Shown: positions 50,801 through 61,923 of the stretch, one piece after another | How the letters are laid out: every line of letters begins with the position of its first letter | Position numbering within the stretch: the first letter of the stretch is position 1 | DNA from: Bacilli bacterium | GTDB lineage: Bacteria > Bacillota_I > Bacilli_A > RF39 > UBA660 | Direction: 5' to 3' | NCBI GenBank assembly: GCA_036342255.1 | Contig: JAZAUS010000005.1 | Coordinates: 35,954 to 99,953 of the forward strand | DNA: 64,000 nucleotides | Notes under the pieces: generated by a model | What the model was told of the DNA's origin: nothing | The model's database searches: none | What the model saw: the letters and a program-made list of their open reading frames with translations, nothing else | Position numbers and translations under genes: made by a program

Positions 50801-52762
50801 TTTATTTTTTTTAGTTGATAACAATACAATTATTATAACTACCAATAATGCAATAACTAAACCCGCTATTATCAATAATTCTTTATTATCACCACTATTA
50901 TTAGTCTTATTAGTATTCTTCTCATTTAATTTTAAATATTTATCATTTGAAGTAACATAATTACCACTTAACTTCTTATTAGTTAAAATATACTTAGAAT
51001 TGTGATCAATATAAAAATCATAATAACCATTATCTTTTTGTATTTCCATAGCAACTGGATCTAAACTACCTTGTTCATTATAGAAATAAACAAACAAATT
51101 ATCTCCACTAAACATTTCATCAACTTGATTAGCCTTCAATCTTATTAACGCTTTACCAGGTAAATCCCCATTATTTGTAAATGTTAGCATTAATGATTGC
51201 TTATCCAAATCATTTAGCATAGTACTATTATTAATATTTTTATCTGTAATAGCCTCATACCCAATACTAACATCTATTGATTTAGGATTAACTATATCAG
51301 TACCACTAAATACCCATTCAGAATCAAAATATTCTATTATTAATGTTTTTCTAGTTTCTCTAATAGTTTCAAATAATCCTTTATCTATAAATGGATTACT
51401 ACTTGCATTAACAGTAATAATAGCATCCTCAGTCATCTCATCCATAGCAGCTAACATTCTTGAATTATAATCCAAATTATCTAAATATGCCTTATCTCTA
51501 TCAATCATAGTTTTACTATCATTTTTTACTTGTAATACAATATAAGTTAGTTTTGTAGAAGCATCTTCGCTACCCAATCTATAAAATTTTTTTGTACCAT
51601 CAGAGTATTTCATTATAACTGTTTTTAAAGCATAATCACCATTTTGTGCATTAAATGGAACGATTATATATGGATTACTATCTATTGATTTAACATAAGC
51701 ATTAATAGAAGAATTAAATCCTACTCCCTCAAACAATAATAAAGCATTTTCAATTTTAGCACTTGAATTCTCATTCTTTAACTCAACATTAACTTTATCA
51801 TTAATTTTAGCTTGTTGTGTAGAAAGAGAAATAACATCTGCAAAATTATTTATATCATTTACAGAACTATTACTATCACCAGTAACCTTTATTTTTTCAT
51901 TATTATTAATCCACTTCCACCAATAATCAGAATATTCATCTTTATTATTTACTAAACTATTAACATAATAAATCATATCATATTCTAACCCAATTGTTAT
52001 ACCACTAATGTAATAATCCCCTGAAAATACACTACCATATCCACCTAAATCATAATAATCTAATACTATATAAGGATTAGTATCAATATCTTCAACAGGA
52101 TAGTATAATGTATTACCATATTCAGATTTTAACCAAACACTCATAAACTGAGGTTTTACTCCCGTATAATTAATATCAAAATATACTTTATCCCCTATCT
52201 TAGCATCAGTAGTTTTAAATTTAATTTGATTCAAACTAAAATTATTTACTTCATCAATAGTTTGTTTGTCTCTAGCATTAACATATTTTTTAGTTCCAAC
52301 ATCCATAAAAGGTTCATCTTTTGCATTTTTATCAGTAGTATAACATTGACTTTTCTCTGAATTAAATAAACAAACATCCTTTAATTCATAAGTTTCACCA
52401 ACTTTAACACCATCTGGATTAGATGAATATGTATTTCCAGATTCAGGTAAGATAAAATAAGCTGGATCATTAGCATCTCCTGAATCAATATTTTTCAAAT
52501 AAACAGTAAAATTATCACTAGATGTTGTAGAAATAAAATGTACTGATACATAATCCCACATATTACTATCAAAATTCAACTCTACATTTACCTTATCACC
52601 AGGTGCAGCTGTCGCTCCTTCAGGAATATATAACCCTGTAAATCCTTCAAATTCACCATCCTTCATAGCATATGCATCTTTAAACTGCATTGTAGTATAA
52701 CCAAAAACTCCCAATAAAAGAAAAACCGCAATTACCCCAAATGTCAATTTTTTACTTTTCAT
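50798..52762 (-). CDS. Surface protein with signal peptide, three related beta-rich repeats and a C-terminal TM anchor (start moved to MKSKK at 52762)
   Basis: AGGAG RBS; repeats A.PGDKV/AKIGDKV/AKINDKV each followed by ID..(N)PY/AY-type motifs; C-terminal hydrophobic helix and basic tail. Confidence 0.7.
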   Translation of the reverse strand: MKSKKLTFGVIAVFLLLGVFGYTTMQFKDAYAMKDGEFEGFTGLYIPEGATAAPGDKVNVELNFDSNMWDYVSVHFISTTSSDNFTVYLKNIDSGDANDPAYFILPESGNTYSSNPDGVKVGETYELKDVCLFNSEKSQCYTTDKNAKDEPFMDVGTKKYVNARDKQTIDEVNNFSLNQIKFKTTDAKIGDKVYFDINYTGVKPQFMSVWLKSEYGNTLYYPVEDIDTNPYIVLDYYDLGGYGSVFSGDYYISGITIGLEYDMIYYVNSLVNNKDEYSDYWWKWINNNEKIKVTGDSNSSVNDINNFADVISLSTQQAKINDKVNVELKNENSSAKIENALLLFEGVGFNSSINAYVKSIDSNPYIIVPFNAQNGDYALKTVIMKYSDGTKKFYRLGSEDASTKLTYIVLQVKNDSKTMIDRDKAYLDNLDYNSRMLAAMDEMTEDAIITVNASSNPFIDKGLFETIRETRKTLIIEYFDSEWVFSGTDIVNPKSIDVSIGYEAITDKNINNSTMLNDLDKQSLMLTFTNNGDLPGKALIRLKANQVDEMFSGDNLFVYFYNEQGSLDPVAMEIQKDNGYYDFYIDHNSKYILTNKKLSGNYVTSNDKYLKLNEKNTNKTNNSGDNKELLIIAGLVIALLVVIIIVLLSTKKNK

Positions 52763-52834
52763 TTTACTCCTCCTATTATTAATAATACTACCAAAAAAAT
52801 ATAATTGCAAGACACAATTATATTTTTTTACATA

Positions 52835-53140
52835 CTAATACAATTCCTCTAATAATTCATCCATTATTAAATAATCATCATTAATCTTTTTTACCAAATC
52901 ATTCTCCCCATATTTATTAAATAATTTCTTAATATCAGCAAAACTATGTAAAAATACACTAAACTGATAAACTAACAATTCATCTATATACTTAATACCA
53001 ATTCTTCTAAAATACTCAATAATTTTATATACTTCATATTCATTATTATTTAAAGAATACAAATTAGCCTTAGAATATGTTCTTTCAACATCTTTTATAA
53101 CATCATTACTAATATTACAATTTTTCAAAAAATCAATCAT
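52835..53140 (-). CDS. Small hypothetical helical protein, paralog of 23429..23716
   Basis: Coupled to the upstream gene (TAATG overlap); aligns by eye with the 95-aa ORF. Confidence 0.75.
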   Translation of the reverse strand: MIDFLKNCNISNDVIKDVERTYSKANLYSLNNNEYEVYKIIEYFRRIGIKYIDELLVYQFSVFLHSFADIKKLFNKYGENDLVKKINDDYLIMDELLEELY

Positions 53141-55188
53141 TAATTTACACCTCTAATCTTAATATTATTATTATAATTAGAATTCTGATAATCATTAACT
53201 ATATATTTAATAATAATTCTAAGTTCTGATAACTCCCAATATGAAAGAATACTATCTTTAACTAAAACAGATAAAATAACAGCAACCTTCTCTGATTTAT
53301 TAAAGTCCTCATTATTTATCCACATATCATATTTCTTTAATAAATTACAAAGTCTTAGTACTTTTTGTCTAGATATTCTAATTATCTGTTCAGGATTATC
53401 AGCAGGTCTAAACTCATAAGTATAATCATCTTTTTTAACAGGAACAGATTTACCTGCTTTAGAATTCCATGGTCTATAATTATCCAAAAACTTAATAAAA
53501 TCGTCATTTTTTGCTTCTTCTTCATAACCAATTAAATAATTATCTTCCAATTCGAATACTCGACTTATCCTATCACCTTTACTAAATATTTTAGTAGGTT
53601 CAAAACATTGATATAAATAATTTTCATTATATAATTCTCTCTTGAAAGCATCTAATGGTAAATTTTTACTCCTTAAATGATATCTAGGAGGCTTACGTTT
53701 ACCTTCTGGTATGTTATCTACTAATAATTCTTCAGTATCATCAAATTCATTCTTTATATATCTAGATTGAAAAACCCTTGTTTCTTCTCCATCTTTAACT
53801 AAATGAATACCTTTATATGGAAGAGAATCTTGCATTATCTCACTTTTATATCCACGTCCTCTAGTTATAACCTCTCCTAAATCCCAAGCTCTTCTTAACT
53901 TATAAAATTTAGTTGGATTTTTTGTAGCACACAATTTACCTAAATTTTGTTTTATATAATCATAATGCCCAGTCTCTATAAATTGATCTAACTGATAAGA
54001 AGTATAATTACCAATTAAAGATACACTAGAACTAGGAAATTCATCCTTACCTATTATTCCATATTGTCTAAGTATTTCAAGATTTTCTAATATTTTATTA
54101 TTTGGCGTATTAATAAATTTAATAAATTTATTAAAATGTGCATCAGTCAAACTATCAAGTCCTTGAACATTCTTTAACATCTCAACATTTTTTATAAAAT
54201 CATAATAGCTACCTGATAAATCTACAAAATCAGTTCCTTCTCCACCATTATTACCTTTATTAACACCATTATCCGTTCTCTTTTTATATCTATATTTTCT
54301 ATCTTTCTTATTAAAAGCACCAGCAAAATTATCTAAAATTATAAAAAGACTACAATCATTATCATCCACAAAAGAACATACATCATCAAATGTTTCTTTA
54401 TCATTACTAATCAAAATCTTATAAATAGCTTTTTGACATATCTCTATCTCTAAAGGTTCTATACCATATTGTTGAAACTTAGATAAAACATAATCAACAT
54501 AATCAAGATCTTTAATATATTTATTAAAATTATCTTTAACATCTTTCTTTAACTTATCAAAATCATAACCATATTTATTAAATATTTCTACTAACTTATC
54601 ATAAATAGATTCTTCATTTTCCTCTATTATTAATTCCTCGGTACCATCATCTTCTTCATTTTCTTTTTTAACATCTATCGTAGCATAATTAGCAACAGCT
54701 AAATTTAAACTAACAGCCTCCTGAGCACTTATCTTTCCTTTTTTATAGCAATCTTCTACTATAAAATCAATAACATGCATATAATTATCACTAATCTCAT
54801 CTTTTATAATAATATCTCTCATCATTGGATAATAATTCATCATATTATGTAACTTAATAAATCTCTCACTCGATAATAATACGTTATTAATATCATTAGA
54901 TACTTTATCAACCATATTTTGAATATCGTCTTGAGATAAACTATCCCTATATTTACTACTATATATATTCTTTAATCTTTTAATTAACTTAGAGCCATTA
55001 TCTATCACCATATTTAATACCTTAGAATCATTATCATCTAAAGTATCTATTACAGACAAATCAGAAACCATTTTTTTAAATTTACTTATTAATTTTAAAT
55101 ACGAAACATATTCATCATATAATTCAGTATTTTTTAATTCTCTATAATTATCATCAATAAGCTTTAACAACAAATCTTTATCTTTCAT
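53140..55188 (-). CDS. Large hypothetical helical cytoplasmic protein
   Basis: 682-aa ORF with AGGAG RBS; no TM segment and no recognised catalytic motif. Confidence 0.75.
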   Translation of the reverse strand: MKDKDLLLKLIDDNYRELKNTELYDEYVSYLKLISKFKKMVSDLSVIDTLDDNDSKVLNMVIDNGSKLIKRLKNIYSSKYRDSLSQDDIQNMVDKVSNDINNVLLSSERFIKLHNMMNYYPMMRDIIIKDEISDNYMHVIDFIVEDCYKKGKISAQEAVSLNLAVANYATIDVKKENEEDDGTEELIIEENEESIYDKLVEIFNKYGYDFDKLKKDVKDNFNKYIKDLDYVDYVLSKFQQYGIEPLEIEICQKAIYKILISNDKETFDDVCSFVDDNDCSLFIILDNFAGAFNKKDRKYRYKKRTDNGVNKGNNGGEGTDFVDLSGSYYDFIKNVEMLKNVQGLDSLTDAHFNKFIKFINTPNNKILENLEILRQYGIIGKDEFPSSSVSLIGNYTSYQLDQFIETGHYDYIKQNLGKLCATKNPTKFYKLRRAWDLGEVITRGRGYKSEIMQDSLPYKGIHLVKDGEETRVFQSRYIKNEFDDTEELLVDNIPEGKRKPPRYHLRSKNLPLDAFKRELYNENYLYQCFEPTKIFSKGDRISRVFELEDNYLIGYEEEAKNDDFIKFLDNYRPWNSKAGKSVPVKKDDYTYEFRPADNPEQIIRISRQKVLRLCNLLKKYDMWINNEDFNKSEKVAVILSVLVKDSILSYWELSELRIIIKYIVNDYQNSNYNNNIKIRGVN

Positions 55189-55218
55189 ATTAACACTCTC
55201 CTAATAAATATTAAATAT

Positions 55219-56979
55219 TTATTTTCTTCCATGTCCTTCACCCACATTAATTTTAGCAGGAGGTTCCTGACCCAAATATTCATAAATCTGATCTCTAATA
55301 ACTAAATTCTCTAAAATAATTTTATTCTTTTTCTTATTATCCTTCTCATTCGTACTCTTAAATAATTTCTTCAAACTATCATATTCATCAGAAACATTTT
55401 TAACTCTATTAACAACACTAGTTACCTTTTTCTTACTATTAGTATCTTTAATAATATTAACAAAAACAATATAAACACAATTATCAGGTAATGCCTTATA
55501 ATAAATTCTGACTTTTCCACCCTTCTTATATGACAACTTACCTAATTTTTTATTATTTGAATTAAATATCCCCTCTTTAGTTTTATTAACTTCTTTAACA
55601 CCATTTTCTATTAACAATAATTTTTGAAATATAGTTTTATAAAATTCTCTATCTATCTTTTTTATATCTTTAAAAGCATAAGCTTCCCTCATAGTACTAG
55701 CAAAAATTACCTTTTTAGGTTCACCTGATTTATTAATTAAATTAATTATTTCTTCATCAGTATATTCATCAATATCAAATTCTAATTCTTCAAGATCATT
55801 GCCATAATTATCAACTATACCTTCAATCAAATCAAGTTCATCTTCAATTTTTGTAAATCCACTATCACTATAAACACTATCTATAGATACTTCTTTACTT
55901 AATTCATTAAGTCTTTTATTATACTCTTCTAATTCATCACAAAAATCAGATGATTGTATTTTATCAATAAGATTTTTTATTCTTTTAGATATTTCATTAA
56001 TTTTTTCATCATAATCTTTATTACTAATATTAAAATCACTCATGATTTTTGTTACAAGTTCTTTACATTTATTAACTTCTTCTTCATTAGAATTATCTAT
56101 TAAATCCTTAGCAACTGTTTCTAAAACTTGATAGAATTCATCCTCCGCAATAACTGATTTATCAATTATAGTCTTGATACTATCATATTTATTCTCATCA
56201 ATCCACTCAAAGAAATCTAACTTTTCAAAGTTTTCAGGAGCATAATCACGAAATACATCTTCATATTTTTTCAATAAATTATATAACAATTCTCTTCTAT
56301 CAGAATTAATATCTAATTTACTAATTTTAATATACAACTCATCATGATCTTTAACTTCTTTCTCATTATCAGAAACATTCTTATTTTCAATAACAGAATC
56401 TATTTTTAATAAACTATCATCAAAATCCCTTAATTCTTTTTCATCTTTATATTTATTCCTTCTAACAATTAAAGAAGCCACATACTCACTAAACAATACT
56501 TTATCATCATCATCCAATTCACTAGACATAATAAATTCTTCCAATTTAGGAATCTCTTTCTCTGATAAAGAATCCAAATCATATAAATAATGCCATAAAT
56601 CATTTAAAAAATTAATCTCTCTTTGCTTCTCTTCTTTTCTTAAAACTATCTCTTTATTATTAGATTCAATTTTACTATTAATTTCTTCAACAATTAATTC
56701 AATTCTTTTTCTAAGATTTTCCTGTGTCTTAACAAAAAAATCACCAAAAATAAAATCAAGGCCTTCTTTATATTCATTAATAATGTCCATCTTATCTTCT
56801 GCATTAGGAATATTAAACCTATTCAACATACCATTTATCTTATCTTTATCTAAATAAATAAAATCATCAAAAGAATATGGCTTTAATATATTTCCATTCA
56901 TAATTTGAATTGCTATAGTTAAATCTCTAATACTAGCTAAAATATCTTGCTCTGATAATTTTTTAATATCTATCTTCAT
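55219..56979 (-). CDS. Acidic coiled-coil protein with a putative C-terminal RelE/ParE-like domain
   Basis: AFKDIKKID..FYKTI..KL..IENG...KLSYKKGGKVRIYY....NCVYIV follows the RelE secondary-structure pattern. Confidence 0.55.
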   Translation of the reverse strand: MKIDIKKLSEQDILASIRDLTIAIQIMNGNILKPYSFDDFIYLDKDKINGMLNRFNIPNAEDKMDIINEYKEGLDFIFGDFFVKTQENLRKRIELIVEEINSKIESNNKEIVLRKEEKQREINFLNDLWHYLYDLDSLSEKEIPKLEEFIMSSELDDDDKVLFSEYVASLIVRRNKYKDEKELRDFDDSLLKIDSVIENKNVSDNEKEVKDHDELYIKISKLDINSDRRELLYNLLKKYEDVFRDYAPENFEKLDFFEWIDENKYDSIKTIIDKSVIAEDEFYQVLETVAKDLIDNSNEEEVNKCKELVTKIMSDFNISNKDYDEKINEISKRIKNLIDKIQSSDFCDELEEYNKRLNELSKEVSIDSVYSDSGFTKIEDELDLIEGIVDNYGNDLEELEFDIDEYTDEEIINLINKSGEPKKVIFASTMREAYAFKDIKKIDREFYKTIFQKLLLIENGVKEVNKTKEGIFNSNNKKLGKLSYKKGGKVRIYYKALPDNCVYIVFVNIIKDTNSKKKVTSVVNRVKNVSDEYDSLKKLFKSTNEKDNKKKNKIILENLVIRDQIYEYLGQEPPAKINVGEGHGRK

Positions 56980-57014
56980 AACTTCACATCCCTCATATTC
57001 ACAAAATCAATCAA

Positions 57015-57503
57015 CTATTTTTTATTAACATGTGTATTAATATCATCATTATCAAAATCATCATCAAAATTAATAACACTATCATTATTATTTATATAAT
57101 AGCCAACATAATCATCAAATTCTTTAACTAATCCAATCTTCATTCTCAACTTCAATTCAATATTAAGAATATCAAACAATAATTCCTTATAAGCCATTTC
57201 TTCATCTTTATTATTTTTAAGTACTAAATTCTTTTTAACACTTAAAACATTTAAATCTTCATCAACTCGTTTATCAGGAAATACAGATAAAAAATCATAT
57301 ATTCTCTTCAACTCAAAAAGATATTTATCTTTACTATTTTTATTCTTATAAATCTCTTTCTCCAACTTCTCCAAGTTATCCAATTTCATAACTTTCAAAT
57401 AATTCTTCTTCATATTTAAAAGAAACTTTCTATCATCAATATCCTTTCCTCTTTTTAAAAACAAATTTATATATCCTAATTTTTCTTCTTTATTTAAAGC
57501 CAC
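57015..57503 (-). CDS. Hypothetical protein
   Basis: AGGAGG RBS, GTG start, TGTTATAAT element at 57528-57536. Confidence 0.7.
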   Translation of the reverse strand: MALNKEEKLGYINLFLKRGKDIDDRKFLLNMKKNYLKVMKLDNLEKLEKEIYKNKNSKDKYLFELKRIYDFLSVFPDKRVDEDLNVLSVKKNLVLKNNKDEEMAYKELLFDILNIELKLRMKIGLVKEFDDYVGYYINNNDSVINFDDDFDNDDINTHVNKK

Positions 57504-57697
57504 TATAAAGACCTCCTTATAATAAAAATTATAACATATAATAATACAATAATCAATTACATATTATATGAAAAATTATATTAAATAATTAATAACATAA
57601 TACAATCTATTAAATCCATAAAATTAAAAATATATCTAAATTGATACATTTCTATATCATAAACATGTATATTTTTAATATTTTTTACATATTTTAT

Positions 57698-57726
57698 TTG
57701 CCTTTTTACTTTTTTTTTGATAGAAT
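57698..57726 (+). promoter_or_regulatory. Sigma-A promoter for rpsT
   Basis: TTGCCT, 17-nt spacer, TAGAAT. Confidence 0.6.
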
Positions 57727-57760
57727 TGTATATAGCTTTATTTGGAAGGAGATGAAATGA

Positions 57761-58030
57761 ATGGCAAACGTAGCAAATGCTAAAAAGAAAATTAAACAAA
57801 TTAGAAAGAGAACCCTTAATAATGTACAGCTTAAATCAACTGTAAAAAATGCAATTAAAAATACAGAAAAAGCTATACAAGCTGGAGATATAGAAGCAGC
57901 AAAGAAATATCTAAAAGCTGCTATAAAGAGTTTAGATAATGCTAAATCTAAAGGATTAGTTCATAAAAATAAAGTTGATAGAGAAAAATCAAGATTAACA
58001 AAAAAAGTAAATAATATGGAAAAGAAATAA
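57761..58030 (+). CDS. rpsT: 30S ribosomal protein S20
   Basis: MAN..AKK.I, N...KS..K.AIK, LD.A.SKGLVHKNK..R.KSRL. Confidence 0.95.
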   Translation: MANVANAKKKIKQIRKRTLNNVQLKSTVKNAIKNTEKAIQAGDIEAAKKYLKAAIKSLDNAKSKGLVHKNKVDREKSRLTKKVNNMEKK

Positions 58031-58070
58031 TATGAACTTCCATATTTTTTTATTTTTTTTAATTTAACTA

Positions 58071-58099
58071 TTGATATAAAGAAATGTTTATATTATAAT
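58071..58099 (+). promoter_or_regulatory. Sigma-A promoter
   Basis: TTGATA, 17-nt spacer, TATAAT. Confidence 0.6.
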
Positions 58100-58146
58100 T
58101 TATTATAGAAATAATATAAACATATATATAGATTGGTTGGTGAGAT

Positions 58147-59082
58147 ATGGAAAACCAAAATAAATTAACTACTGGTCAAAAAGTCATTGTATCTGTAGGA
58201 ATAACAGTACTTCTAATAATATTTATTTGCATCTTTTTTAGAGCTGATATAAAATTTTTTCTAACATCTAAAACTATTGAAAGAAAATATGGTAAAATAG
58301 CAGAAAATAGTTATTATATAGAAGATAATTTTGAATATGTAGAAAACTATACAAAAGCAGAAGTTAATTCAAAACAAGACATAATCAATTCCGTATATCA
58401 CCTTATAAATTCTGGATCAACTTATGCAGAAAAATATTGTGGAAAAAATTATACTGAATGCTATAATGATATGGAAATAATAAGTAACAATACTGATGGA
58501 CTAAGCATATTAAATAATTATGTACATCCATTTAATAGTTTTGAAAGTATAACATTTAATTTTGATAATAATATTATAGAAATAGAAATAGAACATACTT
58601 ATAGTAATTCTGAAAAAGAAGAAATTAATAATATAGTAGATAAAATACTAAAAGAAACAATAAATAATAATATGAGTACAAAAGAAAAAATAAAAACAAT
58701 ACATGATTATATAATAAATGAAACAAATTATGATACACTTAAAACTAAAAACATTAAAGATGCAACATACAAATCAAATACAGCTTATGGTGTTTTAAAA
58801 GAACATCATGGAATCTGCAGTGGCTATTCTGATGCTATGGCAATATTTTTAAATAAATTAAATATTATAAATTATAAAGTAAGTAATGACCAACATATTT
58901 GGAATGTTGTATATCTAAATGGAAAGTGGTTACATTTAGACTTAACATGGGATGATCCCGTAAGTGATAAAAATATAACGAGAGATAATTATTTTCTAAT
59001 TCCAACTAATATATTAATAAAATTAGATGATAATGTACATTATTATACTTCTACATACTTTCCAGAAACAGTAAAAAATTAA
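58147..59082 (+). CDS. Membrane-anchored transglutaminase-like (Cys-His-Asp) protein
   Basis: IHDYII, AYGVL, GICSGYS, HIWNVV, W.HLDLTWDD. Confidence 0.88.
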   Translation: MENQNKLTTGQKVIVSVGITVLLIIFICIFFRADIKFFLTSKTIERKYGKIAENSYYIEDNFEYVENYTKAEVNSKQDIINSVYHLINSGSTYAEKYCGKNYTECYNDMEIISNNTDGLSILNNYVHPFNSFESITFNFDNNIIEIEIEHTYSNSEKEEINNIVDKILKETINNNMSTKEKIKTIHDYIINETNYDTLKTKNIKDATYKSNTAYGVLKEHHGICSGYSDAMAIFLNKLNIINYKVSNDQHIWNVVYLNGKWLHLDLTWDDPVSDKNITRDNYFLIPTNILIKLDDNVHYYTSTYFPETVKN

Positions 59083-59147
59083 AGAACATTTTAATAAATG
59101 TTCTTTTCTAATAAAAAGATATTGAAAAATCTTTCAATATCTTTTTT
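59081..59147. terminator. Two tandem terminator hairpins between convergent genes
   Basis: aaagaacattt..aaatgttcttt and aaaaagatattgaaa..tttcaatatcttttt. Confidence 0.7.
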
Positions 59148-60139
59148 TATAACCATACACCATATATAAGAGCTAACAAACCTAAAATAAATCCACCTAT
59201 CCAAAAGAATTTAACTATATCTCCCTCACTCCAACCTAATCTTTCAAAATGATGATGAATAGGACTCATTAAAAACACTTTTTTATGAAAAACAACAACT
59301 GAAAATATTTGTATCATAACCGATAAAGTTTCTATAACAAATACTCCACCTATAACTGCTAATGAAAATTCATGCGAAGTTAATATAGCAACCGTAGCTA
59401 ATGTTGCTCCCAAAGACAAGCTACCAGTATCACCCATAAATACTTTAGCTGGTGATGTATTAAAAACTAAAAATCCCATAACACAACCAACTAAAATAAA
59501 GCAAAAAATACCAATATCCTGATAACCATTTATCCAATAACTACCCCAAGATATTAATCCATAAGCAAGAAATGATATTGCCGATAAACCACCAGCCAAA
59601 CCATCTAAACCATCAGTCAAATTAACAGCATTTGAAGTACCTACTAAAAGGAACAAAATAAAAGCTCCATAAAACCAACTAAGATTCCATTCAAAATTGA
59701 AAAAAGTAACTCTCAAAACAGAATCTCCCTCACCAAAATGTCTAAATAAAATATAAAAAACTATAGCTACTACTAACTGTAAAAACAATTTTTGAACTTG
59801 CGACAGCCCTTTATTAGTATTATTCTTTAAACTAATATAATCATCTAAAAATCCTATCATTCCATAACTTATCATAACAAACAAAATAATAAATAGATTA
59901 ATTGAATAATTCATCTTACCAGTAAATAATAAAATAAGTACTGTAATTAAACAAGGAACAATAAAAATAAATCCCCCCATAGTAGGAGTACCAGCTTTTC
60001 TCTTATGAGCATCAACATAAACATTTATCTTCTGATCAGCCTTAATTCTTCTCAAAAAAGGAATAAGCATCACACCAAATATTGTAGAAATAATAAAACC
60101 AATCATCAACGCAAACAGCGATTTAGTTAATGTTAGCAT
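59147..60139 (-). CDS. mraY: Phospho-N-acetylmuramoyl-pentapeptide transferase
   Basis: KAGTPTMGG, GFLDDY, SNAVNLTDGLDGLA, PAKVFMGDTGSL, M.PIHHHFE. Confidence 0.96.
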   Translation of the reverse strand: MLTLTKSLFALMIGFIISTIFGVMLIPFLRRIKADQKINVYVDAHKRKAGTPTMGGFIFIVPCLITVLILLFTGKMNYSINLFIILFVMISYGMIGFLDDYISLKNNTNKGLSQVQKLFLQLVVAIVFYILFRHFGEGDSVLRVTFFNFEWNLSWFYGAFILFLLVGTSNAVNLTDGLDGLAGGLSAISFLAYGLISWGSYWINGYQDIGIFCFILVGCVMGFLVFNTSPAKVFMGDTGSLSLGATLATVAILTSHEFSLAVIGGVFVIETLSVMIQIFSVVVFHKKVFLMSPIHHHFERLGWSEGDIVKFFWIGGFILGLLALIYGVWL

Positions 60140-60235
60140 TATCCCACTCCCTCACTAATAAAATTATATCATAAATTAATTAAATAATTCTATTTATATA
60201 ATTAACTTTACATATATATTGTCAATAATAATATC

Positions 60236-60547
60236 TTATTTTTTCTTTCCTAACCAATACTTTATTAAATACCATTCAAAGAAAACAAATAATAATATCA
60301 ATACCCATATTAATACTATATTTAATATACCACTAGAATATGCATTAATAACACTCTCTAAAGAAGTAGGAATGTATTTTTTTAAAAAACTATTAAATGC
60401 AGCAACTTTTATTAAATCAGCAATTCTATATACAAGTCTCAAAAATATCTCTATAATACCTAAAAAATATACAACACTTTTAAAATCTTTAAAAAATAAA
60501 GCTACTAATACAATAGCAACTACTAATATTACTAAAACTAAATCCAT
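60236..60547 (-). CDS. Small hypothetical membrane protein
   Basis: GAGGT RBS, TGTTATAAT element at 60575-60583, three hydrophobic segments. Confidence 0.7.
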   Translation of the reverse strand: MDLVLVILVVAIVLVALFFKDFKSVVYFLGIIEIFLRLVYRIADLIKVAAFNSFLKKYIPTSLESVINAYSSGILNIVLIWVLILLFVFFEWYLIKYWLGKKK

Positions 60548-60646
60548 ATAACTACCTCTACTTTCATAATAAAAATTATAACATATAAATAATATTTTTC
60601 AAATACTATTAATGCATTTTATTTCAAAAAAAAAGAACAATTGTTC

Positions 60647-61912
60647 TTAATTAACATATTCTATAAATTCATCCATAGTTGTATAATTTACAAGCTCAAA
60701 TCTATTAATTTTAAATAAATCATCTCCAATAGTTGCTTTCCTATCTCCTCCAATAAAAGCCATTTTAAAACCAGCTTCTTTTAAATACTCTATAGCATCT
60801 TCATTATATTCATAAAAAGGAAAGCAAAATACAGAAGTATTATTTAAACTCTCTCGACTTTTCTTCAAATCTCTTAATATATCTTCTTTATCCCAACAAA
60901 GAATAGCCCCTCCATGTGAACCATAACATACACCTGGTGTATGCATATCCCAAGAATGTGAATGTATTTCTAAAAAATCAGATTTATAATCACTAGGACT
61001 AGCCAAACTACCTATCAAAAACAAAGTTCCAGTTAATTTATATTTCTCTAATATATCAATCATTCTCTTAACATACCAACCATCATCAATAGTAATAGCA
61101 ACACTTTTTTTAGGAAATCTAGCTTTACCACTTAAAAATAAATATACATCTCTCATAGTCATAGCATAGTATTTATTATCAAATAAATACTTAATTTCTT
61201 CCTCAACCTGTACATCCTCCATACATATAGAACTATCACACTCTTCTAATTCTAAAGCTTCCCTATTAACAGTATAATGATAATTAAGCACAGCCAAATC
61301 TTCCAATACTTCTTCATTAGTATTAATATTCTCAACTTCTCTATAAACATCACTCTTATATATATACAAAAGTCTACCATTAAATTCAACCCCATACTTA
61401 TCATCATCCTTGATAATAACCCTAAAACTATTACTACCACTTAAATTATAATATATTTTATTACCAACAAATAATCTATAATAATTATTTGTTATTATAT
61501 TTATATTATAAGGAAGATAATTCTTATAAGTACTATATTCATCATATTTAGAAGTATATATTTGATCTACCTTAACAACATCTTTATAATAAACATAATA
61601 ATCACAATCTTTTAACTTATAATAATTAGAAACAATTCTATAATTATCATCTAAAGCTATCTCTACATCTTTATATATAATACCTATCTTTTCTTTATTA
61701 ACATTATAAATATTTATATTTGCTATGCTCTTAACATAAAGACTATAATTATTAATAGCATTTATCCCATTCTCAAGACTACTAACTTTATTACTAACAA
61801 CTACTACATTATTCAAATTATTATTTGAATTAAGCATAACAATACAACCAAAGAACAATAATATTACTAAAGATATATATATTATTCTATTATCATAATT
61901 ATTATTAGACAT
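60647..61912 (-). CDS. Polysaccharide deacetylase (CE4, IcaB/PgaB-like)
   Basis: VLNYH, ITIDDGW, HSHSWDMH, FCFPF; N-terminal TM. Confidence 0.85.
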   Translation of the reverse strand: MSNNNYDNRIIYISLVILLFFGCIVMLNSNNNLNNVVVVSNKVSSLENGINAINNYSLYVKSIANINIYNVNKEKIGIIYKDVEIALDDNYRIVSNYYKLKDCDYYVYYKDVVKVDQIYTSKYDEYSTYKNYLPYNINIITNNYYRLFVGNKIYYNLSGSNSFRVIIKDDDKYGVEFNGRLLYIYKSDVYREVENINTNEEVLEDLAVLNYHYTVNREALELEECDSSICMEDVQVEEEIKYLFDNKYYAMTMRDVYLFLSGKARFPKKSVAITIDDGWYVKRMIDILEKYKLTGTLFLIGSLASPSDYKSDFLEIHSHSWDMHTPGVCYGSHGGAILCWDKEDILRDLKKSRESLNNTSVFCFPFYEYNEDAIEYLKEAGFKMAFIGGDRKATIGDDLFKINRFELVNYTTMDEFIEYVN

Positions 61913-61923
61913 AACAACAACTC

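Noticed and set aside
57581-57799. 72-aa minus-strand ORF
   Set aside because: It overlaps the rpsT start and promoter, has no RBS and has AT-rich intergenic composition.
60219-60551. 110-aa plus-strand ORF
   Set aside because: The opposite-strand 103-aa ORF has the RBS, the extended -10 element and a coherent TM pattern.
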